Assembly: GCA_047495785.1 (NCBI GenBank)
Contig: JBLDXI010000011.1
Coordinates: forward strand, 186,001-250,000
Length of the DNA stretch: 64,000 bases
Source: Lepidodermella squamata
Lineage: Eukaryota; Animalia; Gastrotricha
Direction of reading: 5' to 3'
In this document: piece after piece, positions 50,605-62,190 of the stretch
How positions within the stretch are numbered: position 1 is the first letter of the stretch
How the letters are laid out: every line of letters begins with the position of its first letter
Made by a program: the position numbers and the translations under genes
Notes under the pieces: model-generated
Seen by the model: the letters and a program-made list of their open reading frames with translations, nothing else
Databases searched by the model: none
What the model was told of the DNA's origin: nothing

Positions 50605-50764
50605 GATCGGGTTTACGACATCTTGACCCATGACACCTTGACCCAACGTAACATCTTGGCAAAAATCATTAACCCAAGACATTTTGTACCATAGATTATC
50701 ATGGGAATACTTGGGTCAAGATGTCGATGGGGGCGTCTTGGGTCAAAATGACGCCATCCCGATC
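50605..50764. mobile_element. Small MITE-like element with internal TTGACCCA repeats
   Basis: Imperfect ~30-bp inverted ends (GATCGGG...TTGACCCA / TGGGTCAA...CCCGATC), with the TTGACCCA unit repeated in both orientations. Confidence 0.5.
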
Positions 50765-51305
50765 GATCTAGTCTGTTGTAAACTTTCCTAAAATCCTCGT
50801 TAGATGAGGTTAAAATATTGGTGACGAAAATGCTTCTTGTGTTTTTAGTGGATTCGCGTCTCCGTGAAATTACCTCCTGTAAATCATTCTCCAAACTAGT
50901 CCTTTGGTAGCTACGACGGCGCTTGTAGGCTTCGCTGAGTGAGTGGAAAAGCCAACTACCGGTTTTTCAGACCTTGGAAAGGGTCGAGCAGATCATGTCC
51001 TATAGAAATGACACGCTCCTCCTCGCCCAGTCGCTTTGATAATCATACTGAACTATGAAATCAAAGTCGCAGCCGTATATCAACTGATTTGTCGAAAGCT
51101 TTTAACACGCCGCACCCGTTTGGCCTGATTCAATCGAAAAGCTCGAATATTATTTTCCAAGATTCATCACATCAAAGTGTCAAACAGTTTAATTACAGAA
51201 TTTTCTCTAGTGTAACCAAGCGTTCGAACCAGCAATAACTATTGCAAATTGTAACGAACGCAAACAGTATATACATTTTACATAAAGGAACTTGTTGTAA
51301 CTTTC

Positions 51306-52970
51306 TCAGAAACTGTTGATAACTAAATAAGCGTACAAATTGATGATAGAAAATGCAAATAGGCAGGCACACGCAGCGGCGAGATCGAAAAGCCTCGATT
51401 TGGCTATTCTAGGCATCAACCGCCCTGAGACGTAACGTTTGCTTTTCGGATTTTTGATTTGCATCTCGTGATGCCTCATGCTGGTAGCTCGCATTATCAA
51501 GTTGAAAACTGAAATCAGCCCGACTAGAACAGTCAGCATAGTCGCGTAATCGGACAGAAGCGACCGGCGATTGACAGTGATGAACAGCTGAGAATGGCAG
51601 ATTATGAAAGCGAGGAAAATCAAGCCTGATATAATAGGCCTCGCATTCAAATAAGGCGGCAATAACATTGTCAGCGAGGCGAAAATCAATAGAATAAAGC
51701 GTGGAATTAGCGAATTGATGACAAAAATTCTAGAATTTCTCTGAAAATTCAGCGATAATTCAGCCGCTTTCGGATTAACAATTTCGATTGTTAAATAATC
51801 AAAAGTCCAGCAGGTGTCGATGATTTTACCGTTGATTTTCGCGAGATTGACCCAGAAAAGTCCTATCGGTATCAAGTCGGATGAGAAAACCGAAGTGCAT
51901 CGCAGTGAATCGAACGGGAATTTCTCCTGATTCCCACTGCATTGAGCTCTGAAAATTGCCGTTAAATTCCGGGAAAATCGATAATTTTCCGATTTATCGA
52001 TTTTATGTGACTTCGACTTGATGTCCCCCGCGAATTTGATTTCCGGTTCGGCAATCACATCGTCATAGTTGCATTGATCGATTTTGCGTTCCATCGATAT
52101 TTCACCTTCGAATTCAAGTGATTGATCGGATATCGATTTCAGGCTATCGATAATCAGATAAATCGATAAATCAGCCGTTGGATTTAGTTTCTCGCATTTC
52201 GATTTTTCAACCAGTCGATAAACGTCAAATTTTGATATTATCACAGGTGACAAGTGGCCGATCAATCGAATTTTCGCCGATCCGTTCCTTATTAGATCAC
52301 TTAGACCTTGAAATTCGCGATTTTTGAATGTATTCACTGAAATGTTTGTAACGGGGTAAAAAGTTGATATCGAGAAATTTCCTTCGATGATTTCGATGAC
52401 GATTGCAAAGCTATCGGTTTCACCCAAAACTGATCGTGAAATCGACTTCTCATCGATTTTGCTGGGTCTCAGATATTTCACGTAAGTGTGACCATCAGCA
52501 GTCAAATGTTGCGAAATCGCAAGTCCAAACGCGCTCGAATTCGTTCGATTTTTCGAGAAATTAATTTCTGAAAGAGATTATCATTTCCGTTTTTTTACAT
52601 GAAAATTATTTCTTTTACCGTTTGGATTCGAAGAAATAACCAATCCAAACCAGCCATTTTCGGCTGATTTATCGATTTTCAGCGCAACTTCGATTCTAAG
52701 ATTTCGAATTGTTTGATTGATCGAATTGATCGATTCAATCGCACCATAAGAAGCTGTTTCACTGCTGGACAGCTGGATTAAGCCATCGGAATCGACAATT
52801 CGAGCATCGCCTGATAGGCGAAATTTCATGTCCAAAACTAGGTCATTTTGATCTAGCGATAATTCCGGCTGATGAATTGCCCAAAAATCGCCTGTTATTG
52901 GTGAGATTGGCGATGTAAATTGTAGTTTTAGCAGCAAGGCCGGTAAAATTTCCGCAAGCGATCGAAACAT
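51306..52970 (-). CDS. L-type-lectin-like domain fused to a divergent Cys-loop ion channel subunit (~537 aa)
   Basis: Exons 52619-52970 and 51306-52567 (51-nt phase-1 intron). N-terminal FRLSGDARIVDSDGLIQLS...LRIEVAL...NGWFGLVISS...FGLAI...GHTYV; Cys-loop CSGNQEKFPFDSLRC; four TM helices, the last after RLFD. Confidence 0.8.
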
Positions 52971-53241
52971 GACGAGGCGAAAAATATATAAGTGTTTTGC
53001 CCAGTGAAGAAAAATGGATGAGCGCCAGATTTATGCAAATTATAATTTAATTATGCTAATGAAATGTTGCCGCCACATGACCGCTTTTCTGTTTTTTTTC
53101 GAAATGACAAGAAAAATAACCGCTTATTAATGATGTCACTTGAGCGTAGAATTTTATTGCATATCGCATCAAATTTGTTATGAATATTTTTTCGCAAATA
53201 AATAGCAGTTGACTCGAATATCGGCTTTGATTTTTTTCGTA

Positions 53242-56200
53242 TCAGAAGGCAATCATAGCTGCGTAGAAATTGATGGCCATGAAAATGAGAACAGCTGTTA
53301 GGAAAGCGACTATATCGAACAGCCGAGGCAGCGTCAGACTTGGGAAACATCGATAATTCATCGGCACCGTCATGTGCTCCTCATCGGCAACCTGTACGAA
53401 AAAAATTTGGATACAATTTTAAAAATTAAAAAAAATTCAATTAAAATAATTAAAATTTTGTAATTTGAATTTTTGAATTAACCAAAAAAGAAAGCGACAC
53501 CAAGTTGCTTCTGATTACAACTTTATTTATAACGGGCAACGTTTCGGTCCTTGCGTGGACCATCATCAGGCTACAACAAAAGAAAACACAACAAGAAATT
53601 ATTACAGTAAAAGACGAAAGCACAACAGGGTATCAGGATGAACCAACCAAGGACCACGCAAGGACCGAAACGTTGCCCGTTATAAATAAAGTTGTAATCA
53701 GAAGCAACTTGGTGTCGCTTTCTTTTTTGGTTAATCTGTACCCGACTCGGGTTTTCATTTTCTCACTGAATTTTTGAAGTTTTAAAATATTTACCAGAGT
53801 GCAAACAGCCATGTAATACATAGCAATAGTGCCGGTTAGACCGGTTAGCAGTAGAATGTACTCGGCGAATAGAATGCTTTGCGATGTCTGCGGAACTCCA
53901 TCCAACACGTCCGACTGGGCTACGATCAGCGCGAGTAAAATTGTGCCGCAAAACACTGACCGATCCGCTTGATTTGGCTGCATCAAAAACGACCTGAAAA
54001 ATTTGAAAAAACCAATTTGTCAACCATTTCTCAATTTTTCCCACGCAAGTAAATTTTGAATTTTTTGACAATTGACGGATTTCAACGGAATTTTAAAAAT
54101 TAAAATTAAAATTTCCACAATCCCAAAAAATTAGAAAAATCATTAAAAATGTAATAGAATTTTAAAAAAATTGAAGAAAATTAAAATAATTTGAAAAAAA
54201 TTACCCAAAAACTAGGGCAACCAAAATGTAGCACGGGACGAGTAAATTGATCATGTAGTGAGACGGATTTCTCGCAAAGGACAGCCGGGCAGTCGCATAG
54301 CTTGCGGTTCCGTTTTTCCGCAGCAGCGATCGCATAGTTCCGAAGCTTTTGCTACCATGCAGAAACAGCCAAATTTGCCCGCTTGACGATGCGAGATTTT
54401 CGACGTTGACGTGCAGGCCGCCGAACGTGACGTACTCGGGCGGTTCTTCGATGAGGAACGTGTAGTCGCACATTTGCGTGTCGAACGGGAACCGGCGCAG
54501 GTCGAGGTAGCACTTCGAGTTGAAATTGCCCAGCCGCGTCCAATGAAAGTACAGGGTTCGGTTCGGTTTATCAGGCAGATACCTGTATATGAAAGCAACG
54601 AGAAAACCTCAATAAAATTTGAAATTTTAAAATATTTTCAATTTTTTTCAATTTTAGAAACAAAAATATTTATAATTGCGAGATGGAGCATGACGAAGTA
54701 TCTAAATAATTAGGATATATAGGAATAGAAATTGGATCAAGATTCCTAGACTTAAAATTTGAAATTAAATTTCGAAAAAATTAGAAACTTAAATATATTT
54801 AAATAGCTTCAAAATTAAGAGAATAAAAAATTGTGAAATTTTCAAAAATATTGAAATTCTGAAAAAATTCAAAAAAAATCTAAATAAAATTCGTTTATTG
54901 AAATTTTGAAATTTTTGGCCAATTGGCAAATTTTCAGAAAAATTATCAAGGTTGTTTGCGCATTTTACTCCGAATTGAAAAAAAATAAAGACTCACATAA
55001 TTTGGGTGTGTTCGAGAAATTGCCGACCAGCCACGTGCAAATCGTTCGAGCTATTGGCGAAAATAACTCGCGGCTGCCAAATAACAGCCGGCTCATCGAC
55101 AACAACGCGCTCGGCGTAGTCGACGTCGGGCGCCGTGTTATTCGCCCGGCACGTGGTCACCTCCCAGCGCAGGTACAACGAGCCCATGATGTTAATCTCC
55201 TCCGACATGGGGTCAATCGACCGCAGCCGTTCTATCGTGAATATCACGTAGATTTTGGTGCCGTAGCCGGGCGATCGCACGCGGTGCCGGATGTAAGGGC
55301 ACGTAGTTAGGTTGTGAACGGTAATTTCCGGGAATATATTCCCGTCAACGAGGGTCGGAATCGGGAAGTCGTCCTGAGAGTCGTCGCGGTTCAGCGAGTA
55401 GTACGCGCTTGGTTCGAGCCGGTGGACGTAAATGCTGGCTATTGATACGTCCCCATCGAGGCCGGAGTGGCCAGCTAGGCGAATTTTTGTTGTGCCTCGT
55501 TGGAAAATAGACGCGAGACCTGGCAGCGAGGCGTTCGTCACGCATGACGCCGATATTACCTGACCAGTCGAGTTTCGTTTGAATATCGATACCTTAAATT
55601 AATTCGAAAATTCGAAAAAATTAAAATTAAAAAAAAAACTTCAAAATAATACAAAATAACATTCAGAAAAATATGACTAGCTGGAAAAAAATATTCAAAG
55701 AATTCAAAAATTCAAAACATCTTGAAAATTCAAATTCAAAAACAATCAAAAATTTGAAAAAATCAAAATAATTGAAAACTCAAAATTCACAATTTTCCCG
55801 AATTTCCAAAAATTTCAAAAATTATAAAATGGAATTTTTCTCACCGAAATCGAATCGTTAACGCATTGAACGATCATGAGTAACTTTTCGCTGCCCGAAT
55901 TGGTGAAGAAATCGTTATTTCCGCAACTTGGCTGCGATATAAAATCAGCGTTGCCTGGAATCAGGACCATGTCCATCAATTGCTCTGGGGCGTAGGTCAC
56001 GTATAGCTGGCCCCGAGGCGATAATTGCCACCACAATGCGACGCCGAATAGGCCGGAGAACGAGTCGTAAAATGCAGTGCTCACTTCATTCGAATAGCCT
56101 ATAAAATTTATAGTAAGTTGATATCCGCAATTTCGTACCGTGATTCATTCGTAACGTGATATTTTCAGATTACGAAGAGTAAATTCGTATCAATTCATAT

Positions 56201-56869
56201 TTTGTCAATTTGAAATTGTGTTACGGAATGTCCCGTTACGAATTTGCGGGTACTAACTTACTATTCACCCCTAAAATCGGAAAATCAGAAATATAATTGA
56301 AAATTGGAAAAAATCAATTCCAGCGGAAATTACCGTAGGTCACGCGGCCTGAAGATAGAAGAACTCCGAACCAACCGTGAGAGCCATTTGTCAGATAATT
56401 CGTCTCGAATTCAATTTCGACTCGCACATCGCCAATTTGCGCAACCTGAAATTTGAATATTTTGTCAACTTTTTCGTTTTTGTATTTTTCGTAATTTTGA
56501 ATCAATAAAATTTTTTAACATTTTTGCAAAACAATATTTTTTATGATAAAATTCTACAATTTTTGCGCTTACACTTGCTGATGTTGCAGCGCCATAGGAC
56601 GAGCGGTTCAAATCAGTAATTTTGATGCCATCCGTTGTAAGAGCCGCATTGCCGAATAAATTAAAATTCGACGCCGTCGAGTGGTTGGTCGCATTCGGGT
56701 AGAAAGAAACCGACGGCAGGTAGACGCTGTTGAACGCAAACGGGAGCGGAAATAAATCTTCGCGGGCAGGCATGTCGATTTTCGGGTGGTACGATCGCGT
56801 TGTATAGGCCGAAATCAGAACGGTCAGAAAATCAGAAATTATCAACAGCACAAACATAAAATTGGCCAT
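53242..56869 (-). CDS. L-type-lectin-like domain fused to a Cys-loop ion channel subunit (~661 aa)
   Basis: Exons 56573-56869, 56334-56445, 55845-56098, 54997-55592, 54205-54582, 53795-53993, 53242-53391 (1986 nt). Signal peptide; NFNLFGNAALTTDGIKIT...SSYGA; GWFGVLLSS; IWQPRV; Cys-loop CYLDLRRFPFDTQMC. The true M4 exon reads RLFDIVAFLTAVLIFMAINFYAAMIAF*. Confidence 0.85.
53477..53735. repeat. 82-bp perfect inverted repeat in the last intron of the lectin-channel gene (Penelope-like remnant candidate)
   Basis: 53477-53558 is the exact reverse complement of 53654-53735. It contains AATAAA and overlaps a hammerhead-like core. Confidence 0.8.
53538..53569 (-). ncRNA. Minimal hammerhead-ribozyme-like motif
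   Basis: Minus strand reads CUGAUGA-U-GGUCC-ACGCAA-GGACC-GAAA-CGUU: both catalytic boxes, a 5-bp stem II and palindromic AACGUU. Stem I pairing is weak. Confidence 0.45.
56111..56262. mobile_element. ~150-bp MITE-like element in intron 2 of the lectin-channel gene
   Basis: Left end TAGTAAGTTGATATCCGCAATTTCGTA versus the reverse complement of the right end TAGTAAGTTAGTACCCGCAAATTCGTA. Confidence 0.55.
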
Positions 56870-57781
56870 AGATCTCTCTAAAAATTCAAAAAAAATTCTA
56901 AAAACTTCACAAAAATTTGAATAAAATATATCATAAATATTAGGTTATCCAAAAGCGTGATAAATATTTATCGATAGGGTGACCAAAGCCGTGATACAAG
57001 ATACAAGCCATGCGCGATGATTGGGTCATCGCGGGCGCAATAAAATAAAATTTTCATATGCGAAATTTGTCATCATAGCGTGTAAGATCTAATAACCACC
57101 ACCATATTATACACTGATGTGTGTAGTATGAAATTGAGCCACAAACGAGCATACATAGAAGCACTCAGTATACTATATGGTATCAGCGGCTGCTACGTGG
57201 CGGTAACACCTTATTTGTTGCGCAACTCGACGGGCGCGCACGAAAAGGCGCAGCAGTTTTATTGCCCGAGGTCACGCACTTGCGCGCGCGGCCTGTGCGC
57301 ACATGAAAAAAATCATTTAATCGCCTGGAAAAAATCACTTCATCAATCGGTTTGATTATAAATTGAGATTTTTAAATATATAACATTTTTTTCAAATTTA
57401 TGAATAAAGTTTCAAGCATTTTCAAGCGAAAATACTGATGGTACCTGTTCATCACGCAATGTTGATGTTTCATTCGAACTAATTGCTCGAATCACATCTT
57501 ACAATCATTCATTAATAAAATCTTTATTTATTCCTTTTTATTTTATTACATTTTTTATTTTTTATTTTATTTTTTGTTAACAAAAATACCAATTTGTTAA
57601 CGTTTTTTTTATTTGGCTCGTGTATACATTTTTTTTAAATTCGTGCGCAGAGCATTGCGTGACTCTTTTTTCAACTACCAGCGCTAATAAAAAAATAAAA
57701 ATTTTGTAAAAAAACCGTTTTCATTATAACGTGTGTTGGCTATTTTCACATAAAATACCTAATAATGTAATTTTATATAAA

Positions 57782-59816
57782 ATGTCATCGTCTTTGCTAG
57801 ACTTCCGAGACCGGCGCATCCGTCGTCTTGAAAATGTCACGATTCTCGCTGCAATAATCACAGACGACCCATTTTTGATTTCGAAATCGAACTCGGCCAT
57901 CGAATGCACGTCGCGGTGCGTGCGCATATTCGATCACTTTGACCACGCGTGTGCGAGTGCGGAGACAGTGCGCAAAATCGGGTCAAGTGGGCGCGAATTT
58001 TATTACGCCATCGGAACAGGCAAGTCACACGCCGCCAGCGCCATCGATGCGGCGCTTAACATGCTGCAAATATTTTGCGAATTAAACAACGGGCTTCAGG
58101 TAAAAGTTTTAGCAATTTTTCAAAATATTTCCAATAATTTAAAAAAAATCAGTAAAATCGAATTTCGTCAATTTAGAAACCCTGGTAAAAATTCTGGAAA
58201 AACTGGAATTTGAATCCTGCAATTTATATTTTTAATTTGTTTAAATTTATATTTTTTTGGAATACATTTAATTTAATTGTTCTCAGGCAACCACTGTGCA
58301 AATCGGAGTTCATTCAGGCCATGTTTACGCCGGAGTGATCGGCAACCGCCGGCCGCGCTTTGACATTTGGTCACCGGATGTTGATGTCGCGAGAGCTGTC
58401 GCCTCGGCCGCCTCGCCCAACTCGATCCTCGCCTCAATCTCAACTTTCACGCTGTGCAAATGCCCGCCTGATTACGCGGATTACAATCAACAGGATGGGG
58501 CTGACTGCGTGGAAATAACTCCACCGTTCCGCTTCATTGAAGGCCCCTCAGTAATGAGGATGCAAACATTCCGCGTCCATGCTTGGCTACCTGATATAGA
58601 TCGAACTGCATGCATTACGCGGAAAAATCGGTAAATTGAATTTTAGATTGAATTTTTGTCTTAGCTTCAGGATTTTCACAAATTAAAAAAAAATTAGGAA
58701 TAATCGCAGTATTTAATTCTTAAATTTAATTTTTTTTAATTGTTTAATTTTTAAACAAATATTTACTTATTTTTATTTCATTATTTTATTTTAAATTAAA
58801 TTAATTATTTGAGATGTAAAATTTCCATTTTCCAAATTTCAAATTCATGTTTCCGAATTTCCAAATTTTGACAATTTTTCCAGCTCAATTTTCAGCAACT
58901 ACGTGGTACCTTATTGCGGAGTGGCCGTGATTTGCCTGCTTCTCAACACCCTCGGCACCCTGGAACCCGAGCTGTACCTAAGCGAAGTGACACGCTTCAT
59001 CGAACGCGTCGAGCACCTCATGGGCCGTGAGCCTTTCTTCGGCCGAATCGACCTCGTTCGCAACGATGCCATCGGACCTACGCTAGTCCTGAGCTGCTCA
59101 CTCGAGGAGCCGTACTACCCAGGCCGTAATGTTATGTACCTGCTGTACTTCGCCTTTGTGTTGATTGAAGAATGCCGAGTGCGAAATCCGCACATTCGCC
59201 TGCTCATCGGCATCGATTTGGGCGATGTAGTCCCAGTCACGCTTGGCCGATCTAATGCTAATGATTTCAAACCTCAATTCGCTATATGTGGCGAACCAGT
59301 TGATACAGCTAGTCGAATGTGCAATACAGGTAATATTAAATTTTGAAAATCACGAGAAAATTTCGGAAATGCTGAACGTGAAATATTTTGAAAATGAACC
59401 TGAAATTTAAAAAATAATTCAAGTTTGAAAATTTGAAATCTTAAGATCAGTTTCGGTAAAATCGCAAAATTGCGGAAATTTATTTCGAAAATTTGAAAAA
59501 AAATTAAAAATAATTTCCGTGAAATTTTAAATTAGATTTTTCTAAATCGAATTTTAATTCTGAATTTCAAATTTAAATTTTCAAATTTTAACTTGATTTA
59601 CCGTGACAAATAATCTGTTTTTCAGGAATGTGTGATGCCGTTCAAGTTACAGGCCGCGTTGTGCAACATTTGAACGGCAAATTTCGGTTTGTTGACGCAG
59701 AGAAGCCGGTGGAAATCGGCCGGGAATCAATTGAAACCTTTATCGCTGTCGACCCGGTCGTCGTACAGAGGTATTCAAATCACGTCGGCGAGTATTCGTC
59801 TCGCAGCTTCTATTAA
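57782..59816 (+). CDS. Soluble tandem class III nucleotidyl-cyclase-like (C1-C2) protein, probably catalytically inactive (~432 aa)
   Basis: Exons 57782-58099, 58287-58630, 58884(or 58896)-59329, 59626-59816, phase-consistent. C1-like: ENVTIL...IGVHSGHVYAGVIG...FDIWSPDV. C2-like: IGIDLGDVV...KPQFAICGEPVDTASRMCNTG...VQVT. Confidence 0.8.
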
Positions 59817-60876
59817 TTTACGAGAACTCGAACAGCCGTAGCAAAACTCTGATTCTGGTTTATTCATGATTTTGAAAAACAAGTGAAGAACAAAATGAAC
59901 TGTCGATAAATTCAAATAAGCTTTATCATCGACAATCCCTGAGGTAACAAATTGTAAGAACGTTGATTTCATTTTCGTTGTGAGTTTGATGAAGTCTATT
60001 TATGAAGCAGTAACCATTTCGGCTGCCAAAATGGAACTAACGTTCCCCTTTTTCGTTACCTGTTTGCGAAGCGTATTCACTTTATATCGCTCTAGTTTGC
60101 TCTCAACTTTTGCAATGAGAAACGTTTCTTTCCGGTCCAAAGTGAAAATCTCGGTTGTTGACATCACTCCCTTCTAAGAATACGGTCCAATTTAGGTGTC
60201 CTACAGCAAAATAACAACAAAGATAAAACCTGGAAAATAGCAATTTTCAAAAATGAACTTTTCAATTAAAATCACGAGAGGCATTTCCGCCACCGATGTC
60301 TCAAATTGTATTCCAATTCAACGAGGATTTCAGGAAAGATTACAACAGGACTAGATCTATCGACAGGTGAAACCCGCTCCAAAAGTTCCTCATGGTTACG
60401 GAGGCAAGCAACTTACAATCCATAATTTTGTTCTTGCGTTCTTGCGCATGGCAGCAATAATACAAAACATGGAACCAGCTACCTAAAACCGTTTTCCCGT
60501 GGGCAACAGACCCTGAATCGTTCTAACAAGTGCACGCGTTTTTTTCATGAAACGATGCCACAGCTTATGTTGGCCGTTCTGTGTGTGGATCGAGCTTTAG
60601 CTTGGATATCTTTTCACCGTATCTAATTTTCCTACATAAAGGATATTTCACCCTTACAAGGCGAACGTTTTTTCAGCCGAGAAAAAACTCGAATTTTTTT
60701 TTTAATTTCCAGCAAATTAAGGAAGGAATCTGAAAATCGGCAACCGCATGCTTTGCAAGGGAATTTAGTCATCAATTTGGTGCATAAAAACAGCTGCATT
60801 CTCCCATATCGGCAACTTTCCATATTTATTAATCAATGAAATATAACGGTAAGTTTCTAATGTGCGTTCATGGGCC

Positions 60877-62190
60877 TCACGGAGTTTGGCACATCTCAAA
60901 AGCAGAGACGCCATAGGCGTTGCCTGTGCCTGCATATGACACAGGATTCGGTGAGAGCAGCACGCAACACTCCTGGAAAGTTGCAGCGTCTTTCGCATCG
61001 CCTTTTGTAGACTAAAAGCATAGTGTGAATAAACAAATAAGCATAGAATTTTCATTAGCCAAAAAGGTATACCAGGGTGTCGGTGACGGCAGTGTGTGTC
61101 GGATCCGATGCGGTGTAAGGGAAGCGGAAACAAAATGAATTTGGAACTCCAGAGCTGGCTGCAGCTGTTATTTTGTATGGCTTGCTACGGTCGGCTCTTG
61201 CTCTCACGCCGTTATAGGTGGCGTGCCGAGAACAATCTCGTATAGCAGACCAAAGTTGAATTTGTTCAGCGTTAGCAGCGTTACAGCAGGCAGAGAAAGA
61301 GGCGAAGGTGTTCACAAAAGATGGATCAGCATTTGTAAATGCCTGAAATGAAATAGTAGGTAGGCTGTTGAATCGCAGATGGGTGAGTTGATGCTTACCG
61401 ATCCTGTTTTGAGAACCGAGTCGCACGCACTGGCATCAGCCGTGCAGAATGCAACATTTCCTCTTGCGACATTTGGACTGCCCTGCGTCGCGGTTAGCTA
61501 GCACATCCCGTAGACTGGCTGTTATAATATACGAAAATTCACGGCTATTCACATATCGTTAGCGTCGTTGAATAACTCGGATTTAGGCTTGTTTACATCC
61601 GTTTAAAAGTCACGGGTGCCAAGTAAAAAGTGGCCTTTTTACGTCTATGAAGGAGCAAAAACAAAATACTTTTTACTTGTCACCTATCACCTTAAAATGG
61701 ATGTAAACAAGCCCAAATCCGAGTTATTCAACGACGTTAACGATATGTTCTGTGGCAAATGAATGTCCTTCGCTTACAGAGGCCGTGCAAGCTTGTCCGT
61801 CCGGGCACTGAGTTGCTGCTTTGGCGATGCAGTCCTTCGCACTGCGACGCATGTGTTGGTTGTTGCATCGCATATGTTTGCTGCTGCAGTGCAGGACGAG
61901 CCAGAGTTGTAGGGGTTGGTCGCTGTGTAACACGCCTGGCCATTCGGGCAAGTTCCATAGGCGAGTCGGTTACGGTCGCCGATCTCGGGCACGGGGTTGT
62001 CGATGCGGAGGATGAGATATTCCATGTTAAATTCAAGTAATTCTGAAGACCACTTTTGAAAGCCACTTTCCTCAGAAGTTATTAAATAGCGGAAATTTCA
62101 CCTCCGGCTGTCAGTAACTCGAGCATCATTTTTCTTTCGAACACGAGCTGTGGCGTGCTGAACTTTGCTATACAGCTGGTCGCATTCGTG
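60877..62190 (-). pseudogene. Cys-rich multi-exon gene with a frameshift and a premature stop (5' end uncertain)
   Basis: Exons ~61778-62040, 61399-61518, 61073-61342, 60877-61011. The repeated CPNGQAC/CPDGQAC motifs fall in different frames (shift near 61845), and there is an in-frame TAG at 61498-61500. Confidence 0.6.
61551..61748. mobile_element. ~200-bp MITE with ~55-bp inverted repeats in an intron of the Cys-rich pseudogene
   Basis: ACATATCGTTAGCGTCGTTGAATAACTCGGATTTAGGCTTGTTTACATCC is inverted at ~61698-61748. Confidence 0.7.

Noticed and set aside
53505-53794. Apparent duplicated TM4 or plus-strand membrane ORF
   Set aside because: It comes from the intronic inverted repeat; the canonical M4 is the separate exon 53242-53391.
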